Source: Leucoraja erinacea (Eukaryota). From it: 64,000 bases of DNA. The translations under genes and the position numbers were made by a program. Location: assembly GCF_028641065.1 (NCBI RefSeq), contig NC_073404.1, positions 30,876,001-30,940,000 on the forward strand, in the 5' to 3' direction. Shown piece by piece: positions 1 to 12,860 of this stretch (positions are counted from its first letter, which is position 1; the number at the start of each line of letters is the position of its first letter). A model generated the notes under the pieces. It was given only the letters and a program-made list of their open reading frames with translations, was not told the origin of the DNA and made no database searches.

Positions 1-7
1 TGCTATA

Positions 8-548
8 GTGTAGCACAGTGGTGCAGCTGGTAGAGTTGCTGCTGCCTCACAATGCTGGAGATGTGGGTTTGATCCTGATCTTGGGTGCTGTCTGTAAAGG
101 GACTGTCCCACTTACGCGACATGTTGCGGGGTGAAGCCTGTCTGGTGGTGAGTAGTCGGCCAAAGAGTCGTACCTTTTTTCTGGTTGCCGCTGGATTTTC
201 AACATGTGGAACATTTTCGGCAACCTGCTGTGACTATGAACTGTCATAGTCACAGTAAGTCACCGAAAGGTGCCAGTAAGTAAGGTGCCAGTAAGTCGCC
301 GAAAAAATTGCGTAAGTGGGGCAAGCCCTTAAGGAGTTGTACAGATTCCCATAGGTTTCCTACAGATTCTCCGGTTTCTTTCCACATCCCAAAGACGTGC
401 GGGTTTGTAGGTTAAATTGCCTCTGTAAATTTCCTCTAATGTGTCGGGAGTGGATGAGAAAGTGGGATAATTAGTGTGAACGGGTGATCGCTGGTTGGCG
501 TGGACTCTGGGCCGAAGCGCCTGTTTCAATGCCGTAACTAAACTAGAC
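8..548 (+). mobile_element. HE1-type tRNA-derived V-SINE, split by a MITE at 98-329
   Basis: Degenerate tRNA-like head, V-domain (ccggtttc..cccacatcccaaagacgtg), and gggccgaag..cctgtttc tail. Confidence 0.8.
98..329. mobile_element. PIF/Harbinger-like MITE
   Basis: TIR agggactgtcccacttacgc / gcgtaagtggggcaagccct; TAA TSD at 95-97 and 330-332. Confidence 0.8.
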
Positions 549-1707
549 TCAAAGTTCATGGCTTGTGAAACCATTCGTAGAACATTGAGCATCGAACAGT
601 ACAATACAGGAACACGCAATCTCCATGCCGCACATGATGCCAAGTTAAACAAGCTCCTCTACCTGCACATGGTCCATAACCCTCCACCAATAACCCATTC
701 AGCAATCAAACTTTTTTACAAAGGAACTATTGCAGTTCTATGTATTTGTTTGGGAAATGGCATGGCATTTCTCTTGCCTACTGTCGTTGTGATTGAGAAA
801 GGTTTTATTTCTGGAATAGTCTGCAATGTTTTTCTCTTTTTCAATCTTGCTGAGAAGGCTTGAGTTGCAAGGGCAGCTGTATCGACATTATCAGCATTGT
901 TCTGATGTTCTTTTTGCTTAAACTCTAGTAAACGACTTGCAACGGATATGGTTTATAAAACACTTTAGTATGGTACTACATAGAAGCAGACCCTCGGCTC
1001 AGTTCGTCCATACTGACCAATATAGCTCAATTAAGCTAGTTCTGTATTTGGTCCACAACCCTCAAAAACTGAGACAAAGTGCTGGAATAACTCGGCGCGT
1101 GGTCAGGCAGCATCTCTGGAGGACATGGATAAGTGATGTTTTGGGTCGGGACCCCTCTACAGTTTTCCTTTCCATGTACCTGTTGGTATGTCCTCTGGCA
1201 GCTCATTCCATACACACACACCACTCTTTGTGGAAAAAGTTGCCCCTCAAGTCTCTCTCTTCTCACTTTGAAAAAACAATGTGATATCATCGTTGCAAGA
1301 ATTAAACTGTCACCACCTGGCAACTTTGGCTTAACTTCTACATTTCAAATAGTCTTTGACGATAAGCTCTGCCGTGTACAGTTTTGTATTGTCCTGACAA
1401 TGGTTGTCATCGCTCCTACATTATCAGCTCAATAAATGTTAATTTGCAAGAAGTGAGCCTGCAGCTGAGTACGGGCACCTTGTGTTTATCACGGGGGTCA
1501 TATTCCTGAAAAGCAGCACGTAATCCAAAAATGCTTAAATTAACTATATACATTTAAACGGGCAGAAATTTGAGCACGTTATTCCAAAAATATAGTATAT
1601 ATAAAACTTTATTATAAAAGTAGGTTGGTATTAAATAAACAAGCACATTATTTCATAAAAATGTAAAATCAAATATGCATTAAATGCGAGATACCTGTAA
1701 TTATTTA

Positions 1708-1925
1708 AGAAGGAACTGCAGTTGCTGGAAAATCGAAGGTACGCAAAAAAGCTGGAGAAACTCAGCGGGTGCAGCAGCATCTATGGAGCAAAGGAAATAG
1801 GCAATGTTTAAGGAAATGGGTAACGTTTCGGGCCGAAACCCATGGGGTTTCGGCCCGAAACGTTGCCTATTTCCTTCGCTCCATAGATGCTGCTGCACCC
1901 GCTGAGTTTCTCCGGCTTTTTTGTG
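1708..1925. mobile_element. Palindromic Penelope-derived hairpin element
   Basis: Two ~95-bp inverted arms around gggccgaaaccc/gggtttcggccc; 16-bp direct repeat tacctgtaattattta at 1692-1707 and 1926-1941. Confidence 0.75.
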
Positions 1926-1954
1926 TACCTGTAATTATTTACTTGTTAATTCAT

Positions 1955-2250
1955 TGTTTAGTTAAGAGATGCAACGTGGAAACACACAGTATGCTCACCG
2001 AATCCACGTTGACCAGCGATCCCCGTACACTAACACTATCCTACGCACACTTGGGGAAATTTACAGTTTACATTAACCTACAAACCCGTGCGTCTTTGGA
2101 GTGTGGGAGGGAACCGGAGCACCCGGAGAAAACCCACGCAGTCGCAGGTAGAGCGTACAAACACCGTACAGACAGCACCCATAGTCAGGATCGAACTCTG
2201 GTCTCTGGCGTTGTAAGGCAGCAACTCTACCGCTGCGCCACCGTTTCGCC
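1955..2250 (-). mobile_element. HE1-type SINE
   Basis: Reverse complement of the head (ggtggcgcagcggtagagttgctgcc), V-domain and tail. Confidence 0.85.
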
Positions 2251-2435
2251 GCTGTTTCCAATCACCGTTTATAACGTTGTCTTCCCGTGCAATGTTTGAT
2301 GATATTCCTGAATGTAGTTTCTTGAGACAACACTACAAAATAAGTTATTGTTAGAACGGTCAAAAAAAAAAGTTGTAGTAGGCTGAATTTGTTCTGGTGT
2401 TAATAATTTGACCCCAATTATCTTTTTCTCTACAG

Positions 2436-2539
2436 TATAAGCGAGAGCTTCTTGACTGTAAAAGGTGCGGCGTTATTCCTGCCTCGAGGAAATGGCTCGA
2501 CTGCATCTCGCATCAATCATCGGCGCAATAAACATGCGG
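2436..2539 (+). CDS. SSH2: SSH2 coding exon (first in window): ISESFLTVKGAALFLPRGNGSTASRINHRRNKHAG
   Basis: Polypyrimidine tract then tacag| acceptor and |gtgagg donor. Translation matches the conserved Slingshot N-terminal SESFLTVKGAALFL motif. Confidence 0.95.
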
Positions 2540-2789
2540 GTGAGGACATTGGTTACTCTTGCCTCTTGGGTGGAATTGCAGCGACGCGGAATTAAAAAAT
2601 AAATGCAGATGCACAATTTGTGCTGCCTCGTGTAAAGCCTGACAAACATTGGCGTCATGGGGTCCATGCCGGCTTTGTGAGTGATCTCATTGACCACATT
2701 CCCCTATTGCCCTGCAACTCGACAACTTACACTCTCACATGCCCATTGATTTCTCCTCTAATTCCTTTATCTTTTAGATTGCTTTATCT

Positions 2790-3215
2790 TTGGTTTGGGA
2801 AAAGCTCCATTCAAGAAAGCAAGACAGTGCAGAGAATTATAGAGGTAGCCCAGACCATCACAAACCTAACTCCCTTCCATTCACTCCATTTATTCCCCAC
2901 ACTGCCTCAGCAAGGTCACTATCAAGGAGAGTCTCACCCCGGTCACTCCTCTCCCATCAGGCTAGAGGTACAGAAAGTGTGAAAACACACATCTCCAGTT
3001 TCAGGAACTATTTCTTCCCAGCCACTGAACCCTCATCTCACCAACTAGAGAGTGGTCAACCTCATTGAAGACCCTCAGACTATCTTTAATTCGACTTTAC
3101 TGGACGTTATCTTGCGCTAAACATTATTCCCTTTATCCTGTATCCGTCCACTGTGAACGGTGCGATTGTCTTTCCGTTTACTGTGCCTTACACGTGACAA
3201 TAAACTAAACTGAAC
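2790..3215 (+). mobile_element. Rex1/Babar-like LINE 3' fragment (decayed)
   Basis: Degenerate LQRII..AQTI..HPGH..SFRNYFFPA coding remnant plus aataaactaaact tail. Confidence 0.6.
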
Positions 3216-3554
3216 TAAAGAAAAATCCGTCAAGCAGCTACTTACAGCAGCCAATTAACCTCAAAGCACATTTTTGGAACACGGGGGCAAAGGAAAGCAT
3301 CTGGAGGAATGCTTCCATTACCCGACGTGGTAATGTCAAGTGTACGCAAACTCTGCATACGCACGGAAGTAGAGATCAGAATCGGACTTTGGTCTCTGGA
3401 GCTGAGAGGCAGCAGCACAAACCTCTATGTCATGTTACTGCAAAGGAACCTCGGTCATTATGTCCTGTTACACTGTGCTGTACAATTGCACTTGCTTTCA
3501 TAGAAGATTTGCATTCCTCAATTTAGTAGAAATTCTGCGTGGCCCAACTTGCCA

Positions 3555-4075
3555 GCGCTGATCAATCCATGCCCCTTCTACACCAGACCCACCAGCCTGA
3601 GTTTGGCCCATATCCCTCTACACCTATCTATTCCTGTGCCTGCTAAGGGTTTCTTAAACATTGTGATAATATCTGTCTCAACAAGCTCCTCCGACAGCTC
3701 GTTCCATATACCCACTACCCTTTGTGTAAAAAAAAAAAGTTGCCCCTCTTGTTTCTATTAAATAAATGCCTCTTTCCTTAAACGTATGTCCTCTGGTTCT
3801 CTATTCCCCTATTCTGGGCAAAATACTGTGTGCATTCACCATATCTATTTTCTTCATGGTTTTATACACCTCACTAAGATCACCCCTCATCCTCCTGTAC
3901 TCCAAGGAATAAAGTCCTAGCCTGCTCAACCTCTCCCTGTAGCTCAGGTCCTCGAGTCCCGACAACATCCTTGTAAATCTTCTCTGCACCCTTTCCAGCT
4001 TCACTATATCTTTCCTGTAACAGTATGACCAAATCTGAACATAAAATTCTAAATGTGGCCTCACCAATGTGAGGT
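3555..4075 (-). mobile_element. CR1/HER1-like LINE 3' fragment
   Basis: ORF 3801..4082: LVRPHLE..VQ.WS..KLERVQRRFTRM..YRERL..LGLYSLE (CR1 ORF2 C-terminus). Confidence 0.9.
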
Positions 4076-4669
4076 AACACAAGGCCAGGATCTAATAAAT
4101 ATAATGTAATTAATTAGGATTTATGAACTTCTTCATCATGTTGAGACGACTGTTTGTAAACTTGTTTGAGTTGATTGCAAGCAAAGCTATGTTTCCCCAG
4201 TTTGAAAAAGGGAAGTGAATATATACTTCTGCTTATGTGGGCAAGAACAGCGTGAGAATTTTGACTTCAGTATAAATACTGTACGTATTTGCTAATGATT
4301 TTGCAAAATATTTAATCAGATTTGGTCATCTTTCATATTTTATCAGAAGTGGTCACATCACATCTATTGCAACATATAGATTGGCCCAAGTTTTTTCCTT
4401 TGAAAGGGTTTTGGTAATTTGATGTTAACTTCTGTTCATGTCAAAGCTGAATGCTGCAGAACTAAGTCTTGAAACTTCACTTCAAAATATGGTGACGCAA
4501 GAGACTGCAGATGCTGGAATCCTGAGCAATAAACAATATGCTAGAGAAACTCAGTGGTTCAGCCAGCACCTGTGAAGGGAATGGACAGACCCGATGGTTC
4601 TTTGATGTATATCATTGAATGTCACAACTTGCCCAATCTTTACATCATATTTTATTAGCGGTATTTTAA

Positions 4670-4937
4670 AACTTTAGAGATACAGCGCGGAAACGAGCCC
4701 TTCGGCCCACAAAGTCCATGCGAATCAGTCATCCCCGTGCACTAGCACTAACCTGCACACTGGGGACAATTAACCTCCAAACCTGCAAGTCTGTGGAGTG
4801 TGGGAAGGAACCGGAGCCCCCTGAGAAAACCCACGTGGTCACGGGGAGATCGTACAAACTCCGTACAGACGCCCGTAGTCAGAATGGAATCCCGGGTCTA
4901 GGGCGCTGTGAGGCAGCAACTACCACCGTGCCGCCGT
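4670..4937 (-). mobile_element. HE1-type SINE
   Basis: Reverse-complement head, core and tail. Confidence 0.8.
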
Positions 4938-6061
4938 AAAGTCTACCATTGTTTTGACAGATTTGTGATTTCTCCATATTATTTACTTTGTTTTTCTTGC
5001 TGTTTTAGACTTCACGTGGCAGTGTAGAATTCAGGCAGTTTATGTCATGTCCATAATCACCTCTTCTTGCGTATAGCGTGCACAGCCTAGAGTTGTAGGA
5101 CAACTTGTTCTATTCAAACAGGGCGGGTTGCAATCTCCCACCCCATAATCACTAGTTTAATACCATTTGTATCTCTGTGTTATTTCTTTGCATTGGTGAG
5201 AATGGGGTACAGAAGAATATTTCCCTTTATTTCAATGCTTTAAACAGCTTCAACATTTCTGGGCCAAACTGTTTTCTTTCACCAAGTGCTTATGTATCCA
5301 AGAACAATGGGACAGTGCAGCAGTAATTTGGATCCATCCTGATTCAGCTGAAGACTTCTAGTTCCTTCAGTTCATTTTTTAACGCATTTTAAATGTTACC
5401 ATTTTAATAACTTTTTTACAAAATCCTTTTAACTATAAACTGCTGAAGCAGTAGATAATTTCACAACTTTGTCAGAATGGATCTGATGAAGCATACAATA
5501 AAATGTGACCTGGTTGCATAAATTATTTTTAAATCAGTTATTTAAGGCTTTGTTGTTGCCATTTCACAAATCCCACTTAGAATCTAGTCTGGTTTTGTCG
5601 TGATTTATTTTTCCTTGCTATTTTGTGTTGGCTGAGGTATTGCAAGTACTGACAGTTATGCTGCTCTGCACCTCTGAGGATAATCATTTGTTAGTTTTCT
5701 GATCTATGCTGACATTTCATCATCGATATGTAACCTTTTCTTCCGTGTTAATTGTGAAATCTAGATACACCCAACGTTGCAGCAGAGCTCTAGCTACCCA
5801 GCGCTGTTCCTTTCTAAACCACCAATACTTGTTGGGGGAATGAGTGTGGCCATTCTGTCAGGCTCCTAACGATTTCTAATGCTGTCAGTCCCATTCCCAC
5901 GTAACTTATTTTCTCTCGTATGCTCACCAACTCTCCTTGAGTTTTGTTCTGGTGCTTGGTTTCATTAAGGTGGCCATTTAATCTCCCAGCACATGTTTTG
6001 GATGTGGGAGGAAACGGGAACAGGCGGTGTAAACACCTGCAGTCAAGGAGAAATTGGGCAA

Positions 6062-6372
6062 GGGCGGCACGGTGGCGCAGCGGTAGAGTTGCTGCCTTGC
6101 AGCGCCAGAGACCTGGGTTCGACCCCGACTATGGGTGCTGTTTGTACGGAGTTTGTACGTTCTCCCCGTGACCGCGTGGGTTTTCTCCGAGATCTTTGGT
6201 TTCCTCCCGCTCTCCAAAGACATTCAGGTATGTAGGTTAATTGGCTTGATGTATGTGTAAATTGTCCCTAGTGTGTGTAAGATTGTGTTAATGTGCAGGG
6301 ATCGCTGGTCGGCGCAGACTCGTTGGGCCGATGGGCCTGTTTCCGTGCTGTATCTCTAAATCAAACTAGACT
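6062..6372 (+). mobile_element. Full-length HE1-type V-SINE
   Basis: A box tggcgcagcgg, B box gggttcgaccc, V-domain, and LINE-derived tail gggcctgtttccgtgctgtatctctaaa. Confidence 0.9.
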
Positions 6373-7105
6373 ACACAGGCAGCAGCGGAGATCAGGATGG
6401 ATCCAGATTACAGGAGCACTGCTATACCACTCCTCTCCCCTCGTGTGTCTATGGATTTGGAGGAGCTTTGACCGACCGATTAGTCTCTCATTATTTTATT
6501 TTAAGATTCATCAGCAGATGCATTTTTTAGGCCTCTTTTAATTGTCTTTAATGTGACCTAAATTTAAAAAAAAAGTTTTCTTTGGACTATTTAGTTTGGA
6601 GACATTGTTTTATTTACAGGACATTAGTTTAGATTGAAATATTTTATATGTAGTAATTTAATCTAAAAGATTAAAAAAACACACTAACCTTGCGGCATCC
6701 AAGTTTTTATAAATATCTGTTGGCAACGATGATATACATGGTATTTACATTCACAGCTTCCACTGCAAGTAAATGTCGAGAGACATATCTGCTATAAATT
6801 TGGCTATTTTGCAATTTTATGATTTTTTAAAATGTTGTAAATGAGGTTTGATTTATGTCAGTGCAGAGTGAATTCTCCTTTCATGTCCTCTATATTGTTC
6901 CACATGATGATAAGTGTTCATGGCCAGTGGAGCAAGTGTACCATATTACCAGTGAAATGTCGCCCATCTTCATATGGGGAACTGTGCACCATGGAGCAAG
7001 TGCCAACGTGTTCCAGTGGCCAGATAGAAAACAACACCGCTATTTACAAAATTCAGTACTCAGTGATACTTCTCTAATTCAACTTTTTTCTTAAAATAAA
7101 CTTAG

Positions 7106-7170
7106 GTGATCTCCAACAGCACCTGCAGGCAATGTTCACACTTCTTAGACCTGAAGACAACATTCGACTG
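7106..7170 (+). CDS. SSH2: SSH2 coding exon: GDLQQHLQAMFTLLRPEDNIRL
   Basis: cttag| and |gtgagt boundaries; phase fits both neighbouring exons; SSH-N domain sequence. Confidence 0.96.
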
Positions 7171-8246
7171 GTGAGTTATCCTTGTGTTGCAGACTCTTTT
7201 GTTTTTTTTGTCAAACCACATTGACTTGGATTTTCTGCTCGGGGCTGCTCTCCTGGCCAAACCAGTGAAATATTACAAAGATTAGTTGTGGTTTCCTATT
7301 CCCATGTAGCATGAAGTCAACTTGACGGTGAACACGTCTTCAGTCAGTTCTGACACTTCCTCATGCGTCATTTCTCTGGAAACACTGCCCCAACTTCCCG
7401 TTACACATTGTGAAATGGGTTTCAGATAACTCTTGATTGAGAATTTAAAAGTTGGAAAGGTACCAAGTCAGAGATTCCCTTAATGCCGACCCAGCAATGT
7501 TTGAGCTTGTCAATAGCACTCGGTTGATAAGCATTGCAACGTTTAGAAAGCAGAATGCAGAGGAGTGATTACATTGAAAAGAAGTGCATTGTAATGGAGG
7601 ACAACACCTCCATGCCACCATATCAAGGGCAGCTGTGAATGGGGATGAAATGCTTGCTTTGTCAAGCATATCCAACTCTCTCTCTCTCCCCCCCCCACCC
7701 TCCCATTCCCTTCCCAGGAGTGTAGCAGATTTTAAAATCACATTTTGCCATTCCCGATAGGTTGGCACTGTGCCTTGAAGGTCAGTACACTGAAAAAAAA
7801 AATCTGAACATTCCTGGTTTCGAAGAAGTGCAGTTAAGTTCTAGTTATTGTGAAGTTCTTTGTGCTTTCCTGATGTGGAAATGACATTGATTGTATCTTG
7901 TGTACAGGAGCAGGACCTCTATTTCAAGCTCGAGAATCCCCCCTCGGTTAGTCATAGATTGGTTTGAAAAGCTGCAACACTTAGTCGCAATTGATCACGT
8001 TATTTATCTCATTTGTTGGCTGCATTTGATTTTTAATAAATATGCAAATTTTCTCAGACAAATTGGTTTAAGATATTTTGCAAATGGAATATAACATGAA
8101 AGGCTGAGAGGAAATTTATGCAATGAGCGATTTGAAACTGATGAGAAAAATATCTTTAGCATTAACACACGGATTTGAAATGATGTGGTTTTATAGGATT
8201 CGGGTTTCAGAATGACTAATGTAGCCCTTGGGCAATGAGATTAGAA

Positions 8247-8487
8247 TTGGGGTTCCCAAACGTTTTCGTCCCGTTTACCCCCGGCAACTTTAATAGCACG
8301 TAACAATGTTATTTTACTTATTTATGAACAACTAATGATGAACAGATACCGGTAAACCAGAACCAAACACAGTCAGTAGATGAGAAAAAATACATACAAA
8401 CCCAGAATCAACAAATTTACCCCCTGGGTAGGTGAAATCTGCCCCCTGGGGGGTAAACTTAAATTTACCCCAGGCTGGGAACCTTTG
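8247..8487. mobile_element. hAT (Charlie-like) MITE
   Basis: Degenerate TIR ggggttcccaaac / gctgggaacct; 8-bp TSD gattagaa (8239-8246) / ggttagaa (8488-8495); internal tttacccc repeats. Confidence 0.65.
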
Positions 8488-8650
8488 GGTTAGAAGATGT
8501 GTGGGGATTGGGGTTAGGGATGACAACCAGGAAGAGAACCAGGACACTGGACAGAGATTGACTCTATTGTCATCGACTGTGTGCATGAATTTTGGGATGT
8601 GAGAAGTGCTGCAATGAGAATTTTTAAGTGTAAAAGGACATGTTTCTGCA

Positions 8651-8815
8651 AGGTAGACAAAAAAATTCTGGAGAAACTCAGCGGGTGAGGCAGCATCTAT
8701 GGAGAGAAGGAATAGGCGACGTTTCTTCTCTCCATAGATGCTGCCTCACCCGCTGAGTTTCTCCAGCATTTTTTGTCTACCTTCGATTTTTCCAGCATCT
8801 GCAGTTCTTTCTTAA
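8651..8815. mobile_element. Palindromic Penelope-derived hairpin element
   Basis: Inverted arms; TSD atgtttctgca at 8640-8650 and 8816-8826. Confidence 0.75.
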
Positions 8816-9839
8816 ATGTTTCTGCACGGGTTCCACACATAGCACCAGTTGCATGGGTGGTAAAACTCCATTGGGACTTGCATCTTCAGTGAAAGTCTTC
8901 TGCACAAGTGTCCCTTTCCCATCTCTAGGACACAGGCAAGTGCCCATTGCTTACATGGTATTTGCATGTGTATTGAACAGCTTTAGACATGATTATCTAC
9001 ATCCTTAGTTTAGTTTATTATTGTCATGTGTACTTGTCGAGGTACTGTGAAAAGCTTTTGTTTGCGTACTATCCAGCCAAAAAAAAATACTATCCATGAT
9101 TCCAATCGAGCCGTTCACAAGGCACAGATAAAGGGTACAACATTTAGCACAAGATAGTCTAATGAAAGCAAGTTTAAAGGTCTCAATGAGATAGATGGGA
9201 GATCTGGTCTGCAGTCTAGCTGAAGAGATGACAGTTCAGTTACCTGAAACTTCCTGATTCTGGAGGTGTGCGTTTTCAAACTTTTGTACGTCTTTCCTAA
9301 GGGGGGAGGGGAGAAGAGGGAGTGACCCGGATCTTGCCCGTAACCCAAAATCTTCCGGCCCGCGGCCGTATTTTTTTTCAATCATTTTCGCGATCTGGGA
9401 ACTGCAGCCAGTCACGAGGCGTGCAGGCCACCTGGGAACTGCAGAAAACTGATTGAAAAAAGACATGAAAACTAATGCAAAAAACAGCACCAAGTGTCAC
9501 ACTATGGCGATAGATGTGGCCCACCATCCACTCACAGGCATGGGTCCTGGCCCCTATGCAGAACAACTAGCATATCAGTTATTAGAAATCAATTTGCAAT
9601 TTCTGGAAGCAGTGAGGAAACAAACTTTATGTTGGTAGAAGGAACTGCAGTTGCTGGTATATACCGAAGATAGACTCAAAGTGCTGGAGTAACACAGCGG
9701 GTCAGGCAACATCTCTGGAGAAAAAAGTGTGGGTGACATTTCGGGTCGGGTGTGTGAAGAGGGGTTCCGACCCCTCTTTTTTTTTGGAGACGCTGCCTGA
9801 CCTGCTGTTACTCCAGTACTTTGTGTCTATCTTCAAGCT

Positions 9840-10400
9840 ATATGTTAGTCTTTATTGCAAGAGGATTGGAGTACAAAGATCAAGATGGCTTTCTCCCTTT
9901 ATTTAATGCCCTGCTACAACTGCGTCCAGAATACTGTGTGTTGTGATCTCACTACTCAAGGACAGATGCTTGTTCAATAGAGGGAGCGCAGCAACGGTTT
10001 ACCAGATTGTTTCCACACCAGATTAAGCAGCAGGTTATCTTCTGTCCTGAATGAGAAGAGATCTTGTTCAAATGTATAACATTCTTAAAGGGCTAGCTGA
10101 GTTGGATGTAGTTCAAGTCTCCGCTTACTGGTATGTCTAGAATCAAGGGTGTTAGTGTCGAGATAAGGGATTAGCCCTTTGTAACAAGAGATGAGAAATG
10201 TTTTCACCCAGAGGCAGTTAGTCCTCTGCATTCACCATGTGAGGGCTATGAAGACTGTGTTTCTGAGTACATTACTAGGCAGCTGGTATTTTTAGATGTT
10301 AAAGGAACTGAAGGATGGAGGAGTGGTGTATGGAAGTTGTATTGAGATAAAGAATTAGCAATGAGAATGAATCGAAGAGCAGGCATGAGGGCCTTCCTGC
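9840..10400 (+). mobile_element. Old decayed CR1 3' fragment
   Basis: Remnant of FIARGLEYK..EYCV..IEGAQQRFTRL reading; an older hairpin element at about 9636-9835 is inserted at its 5' side. Confidence 0.65.
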
Positions 10401-11386
10401 TTCTATTTGTTGTTTTACATCTATGTGGCAACTACGTTTAAAGGGTGGGGATGATTTGAAAGTTGTATCATTTCTGTCTTCAAGCAGTTGGGGCAAGATC
10501 AGTGTTGTCAAGTCAACATGTGTAGGAAGGAACTGCAGGTGCAGGTTTAAACCGAAGATAGGTCATGAGTAGCTAAATATATCCATTGTTGCTGCGCGGA
10601 TGCTAAGGAAGTTTGCTTTACCAGTACTCCTGGGAAAACTAAATGCAGTTCACAATATATCTTGTGATGTGACAGATGTTGAAGTGTTTTGGCTGCCAAT
10701 ATCAGCGTTTATTCTACCAACAGAATATCCAGGTATTTTGTTAACTAGTTTGGAAGTGGGGGTTGTGGCTATACATCTTTCTCCTTGCCCACTCACCCTA
10801 CAGCAAACCTGCCCCTGATATCCCAAAGACGTGTGGGTGTGTAGATTAATTGGCCCTCTGTAAATTGCCCCTCGTGGGTGGGGAATGTGGAATAACATAG
10901 AACTAGTGTGAACGGGGTATCATTGGTCGGCGTGGGCCGAAGGGCCTGTTTCCATGCAATCAGTTAGTAATTAATAATTAAAGCTCATGGAACTCAGTAG
11001 AGATGGGATTTTCTCCATCGCAGTCTGAAGAAGGATCCCAACCCGAAATGTCACCATCCCTTTTCTCCAGAGATGCTGCCAGATGCACTGAGTTACTCCA
11101 ACACTTTGACTGTCTTTAGGATTTTAGAAGCCAGAACTTCCTCCTAATTCCTTGCAAAATGTAATTTTTGAAGCACTTTTTCTACTGACAAAAATCACCT
11201 GAGCACGGGGCGTCCTGATCACTCAGCGGTTAAAATGTGACATTGGTTGGAGTGACAGTGTTTGATCCCTGTCATGAAGCTGCATAGGGATAATGTAATG
11301 GGTCAGGTTAGGGCAGTGACAAGGAGGAACTGAGGGTGATCAAGGCCCTCAGTTCATGGAGCCAATGCTATTACATTGTACCACCA

Positions 11387-12035
11387 GGGGGCGCAGCACG
11401 ATTGGCTGCCCCACCAGCAGTCTGTTTGTTTTTTCATCTTTTTTTAATTTTTAGTGTGTGTTAAAAGTTTGTTTAAATGTTCTCCGGTTTGTTTTATGTG
11501 GGGGGAGAGGGAAACTTTTTCTTACCTTGCCGGAGATGCGATTAATTTTTAGATCGCATTCTCCAGTCACTCTGCGGCCTACCAGCGATGGAGCTGGAGG
11601 CCTCCTCGGACTGACCTTGGGCTCCAGCACAGAGACGTGGACTTACATCGGAGTCGATCCCTTGCCTGGGATAGCTCCAACCGCGGCCTGCGGACTTTAC
11701 ATCGGGAGCTTGCAGTCTCGGGAGAGGCCGTGGATGTCGGGAACTCCAAGGACGTGGAAGGTTCGCCCAGCCCCGACGTGGAAGGTTCGACCAGCCCCGA
11801 CGCCGACACGGGGGAGGGGGAGCTGACATCCCCCCCGATGCAGGAGCTGATCGCCTCGACGCAGAGGTCCCGCCTTCCTGGCCTGTGGAGAGGATTGTGG
11901 AGGAGTCTCTGTGATGGATGTTTATGTTAACATGTGTTCTGTGTGTTCTGTTGCTTTTTATTTGTATGACTGACTAGGCAAATGAAATTCCTCATATGTT
12001 GTGAAACATACTTGGCTAATAAAGTATGATTGTGT
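11387..12035 (+). mobile_element. Non-autonomous LINE-tailed repeat with GC-rich tandem interior
   Basis: CpG-rich interior with 24-bp repeats (gacgtggaaggttcg.ccagcccc); tail aaatgaaattcctc..gctaataaagtatgatt resembles LINE 3' ends. Confidence 0.5.
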
Positions 12036-12603
12036 GTGATTAAACCTGCCCTGGATATCTTCCAGATCAATTTCAGGGTTGTGATCATCATGTCTAAATT
12101 TATTCTTGCAGTTCCCCCACCAAAATTGAAAGCAAACTTGTAACAGGTTAGTTTTACCAATGGTTTCATATTTACTGAACACTATAAGTAATGTATTACA
12201 GATTTAACTATAGTCTAGAGCAGAAGACCTTCAGTGTAATATTAGCATAGTAAGCACACTCTATTTGACTTTAAACATTGACCATACTTTTTTTGACCCG
12301 TCGCGATAATGAAGCCAATGACATGGATGGTATAAGTGGCAATAACTGTAAATATGGGAACAGACGTGGGTCATTTAGTCCCTTGTTCCAATCGTCAGGT
12401 TAGGAGAAAAGTGTTGTTTATGAAGGATAATTTTCAGAAATACCATCAAGTAAACAAGGATAAAATTGCAGGAGCAGCTTTATTTCATGGCAGGGTGACC
12501 TTGTCATTCACTCATTGTGTTTGGTTTGAATGAACATTGACAGCAAGTATTATTTTCTGTCGTGCGTTTAAATAACAAATTATTTTCTTTTGAATAATTC
12601 CAG

Positions 12604-12722
12604 GCTGTCCGGTTGGAAAGTGTGTATATGGACCTGACTAGATACATGGTCGTGGTTTCTACAAACGGCAGACAAGACACGGACGAGAGTATTGTTTTAG
12701 GGATGGACTTTTATAAAGATGG
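12604..12722 (+). CDS. SSH2: SSH2 coding exon: AVRLESVYMDLTRYMVVVSTNGRQDTDESIVLGMDFYKD
   Basis: ccag| and |gtaagt boundaries; conserved RYMVVVSTNGRQDT motif. Confidence 0.96.
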
Positions 12723-12860
12723 GTAAGTGTGTTACTTGATTCTAACCAATTTGTTTTCTTAAAAGTAAAAGACTTCCTTCTTTATAGGATGCACTGATTA
12801 CGTACAAGTTCAATTTTAAATTTTGAAGTCTTTCGAGTGAGGCTTGAGATAACTTCCAGT

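Noticed and set aside
6062-6135. tRNA-like A/B-box sequence
   Set aside because: It is the head of a SINE that continues into the V-domain and LINE tail, not a tRNA gene.
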